DNA from: Eledone cirrhosa
Lineage: Eukaryota
Reading direction: 5' to 3'
Assembly (NCBI GenBank): GCA_964016885.1
Contig: CAXHJY010001084.1
Span: 1-64,000, forward strand
DNA length: 64,000 bases
Shown here: in pieces, positions 58,036 to 64,000 of the stretch
How the letters are laid out: every line of letters begins with the position of its first letter
Position numbering within the stretch: the stretch's first letter is position 1
The notes under the pieces: model-generated
What the model was told of the DNA's origin: nothing
The model's database searches: none
What the model saw: only the letters and a program-made list of their open reading frames with translations
Position numbers and translations under genes: made by a program

Positions 58036-58367
58036 CATACATACATACATATATACATACATACATATATACATACATATATATATACATACATATATAT
58101 ATACATACATATATATATACATATATATATACATACATATATATATACATACATATATATATACATACATATATATATACATACATATATATATACATAC
58201 ATATATATATACATACATATATATATACATACATATATATATACATACATATATATATACATACATATATATATATACATACATATATATATACATACAT
58301 ATATATATACATACATATATATATACATACATACATATATACATACATGTATATATACATACATTAT
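57910..58367. repeat. (TACA)/(TA)n microsatellite, 16-bp higher-order unit
   Basis: Directly visible. Confidence 0.96.
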
Positions 58368-58565
58368 GTAGATAAATCTACCAAGAGTTTACGGTAGTGT
58401 CCAATCCGTATGAAGAACTCAATGTAATCCGGATATCATGGAAAGAAGAGATGCAATGAAAAATCACTTTCGGTGAAAGATAAACGGAATACAGAGTCAA
58501 GATAAAGTATTAAAAAAATAATGAATAAAACAATGGAACAGTTCCTTATATTAAACAAAAAAAGT

Positions 58566-58715
58566 TCATTATTTAACGATCGTTTCTAGGATATATATGT
58601 GTTAGAATTGGCATGCATATTCAACAGATCTATGTACAAAATTATACAAAATTATACAAACTATCAAAATTAAATATACATACCAACACATAAATATGCC
58701 GTCTTCAGAAATAAT
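58566..58715 (-). ncRNA. Mirror-copy hammerhead ribozyme with extended stem II
   Basis: Reverse complement of the above with a 7-bp stem I. Confidence 0.62.
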
Positions 58716-58866
58716 CATTATTTCTGAAGACGGCATATATATGTGTTGGTATGTATATTTAATTTTGATAGTTTGTATAATTTTGTATAATTTTGTACAT
58801 AGATCTGTTGAATATGCATGCCAATTCTAACACATATATATCCTAGAAACGATCGTTAAATAATGA
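58715..58866 (+). ncRNA. Type I hammerhead ribozyme with greatly extended stem II
   Basis: Stem I TCATTATTT/AAATAATGA (9 bp); CTGAAGA (58724-58730); 115-nt stem II region; GAAA (58846-58849)-C-GATC-G-TT. The base of stem II is non-canonical (C.A). Confidence 0.65.
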
Positions 58867-58934
58867 ACTTTTTTTGTTTCATATAAGGAACTGTTTCATT
58901 GTTTTATTCATTATTTTTTTAATATTTTTAATAT

Positions 58935-64000
<5,066 letters not shown>

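Larger units (their letters stand above)
58368..58928 (-). mobile_element. Penelope-like pLTR-only insertion with inverted arm (palindrome 58504-58928)
   Basis: Near-perfect arms of about 212 bp with a 1-nt spacer at 58716; unique tail on the minus strand with GAGTTCTTCATACGGAT ending TCTAC into microsatellite. Confidence 0.7.

Overview
Eukaryotic (animal), repeat-dominated, AT-rich DNA with no confidently identifiable host gene. The SINE/RTE content and giant (TA)n/(TACA)n tracts are reminiscent of octopod genomes (impression only, not searched). Almost all long ORFs in the track are read-through of (TA)n or (GA)n repeats. The real coding content is retro/transposon-derived: a near-complete CR1-clade ORF2 (APE+RT), several 5'-truncated RTE LINEs carrying a PHD finger inside ORF2, a disrupted R4/Dong-type RT-RLE element and an internally deleted mariner. 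There are also hAT, piggyBac-type, pogo/Tc2-type and Helitron-type non-autonomous elements and tRNA-derived SINEs. Main hidden signal: four short, sequence-unrelated non-coding inserts beside (TA)n tracts (about 1-383, 3903-4306, 52225-52424, 58368-58928). Each carries a minimal type I hammerhead ribozyme fold, three as spacer-less head-to-head palindromes, and they share a downstream GAGT(G/T)CT...(C)GGAT/CCGAT motif and a CTA(C) end. They look like Penelope-like pLTR-only mini-retroelements. Also notable: a 5.3 kb GA satellite that appears to have grown out of the GRPRKTW codons of an RTE relic, an 8.2 kb block bounded by an identical inverted duplication, and a consistent strand polarity linking microsatellite interruptions to LINE orientation.
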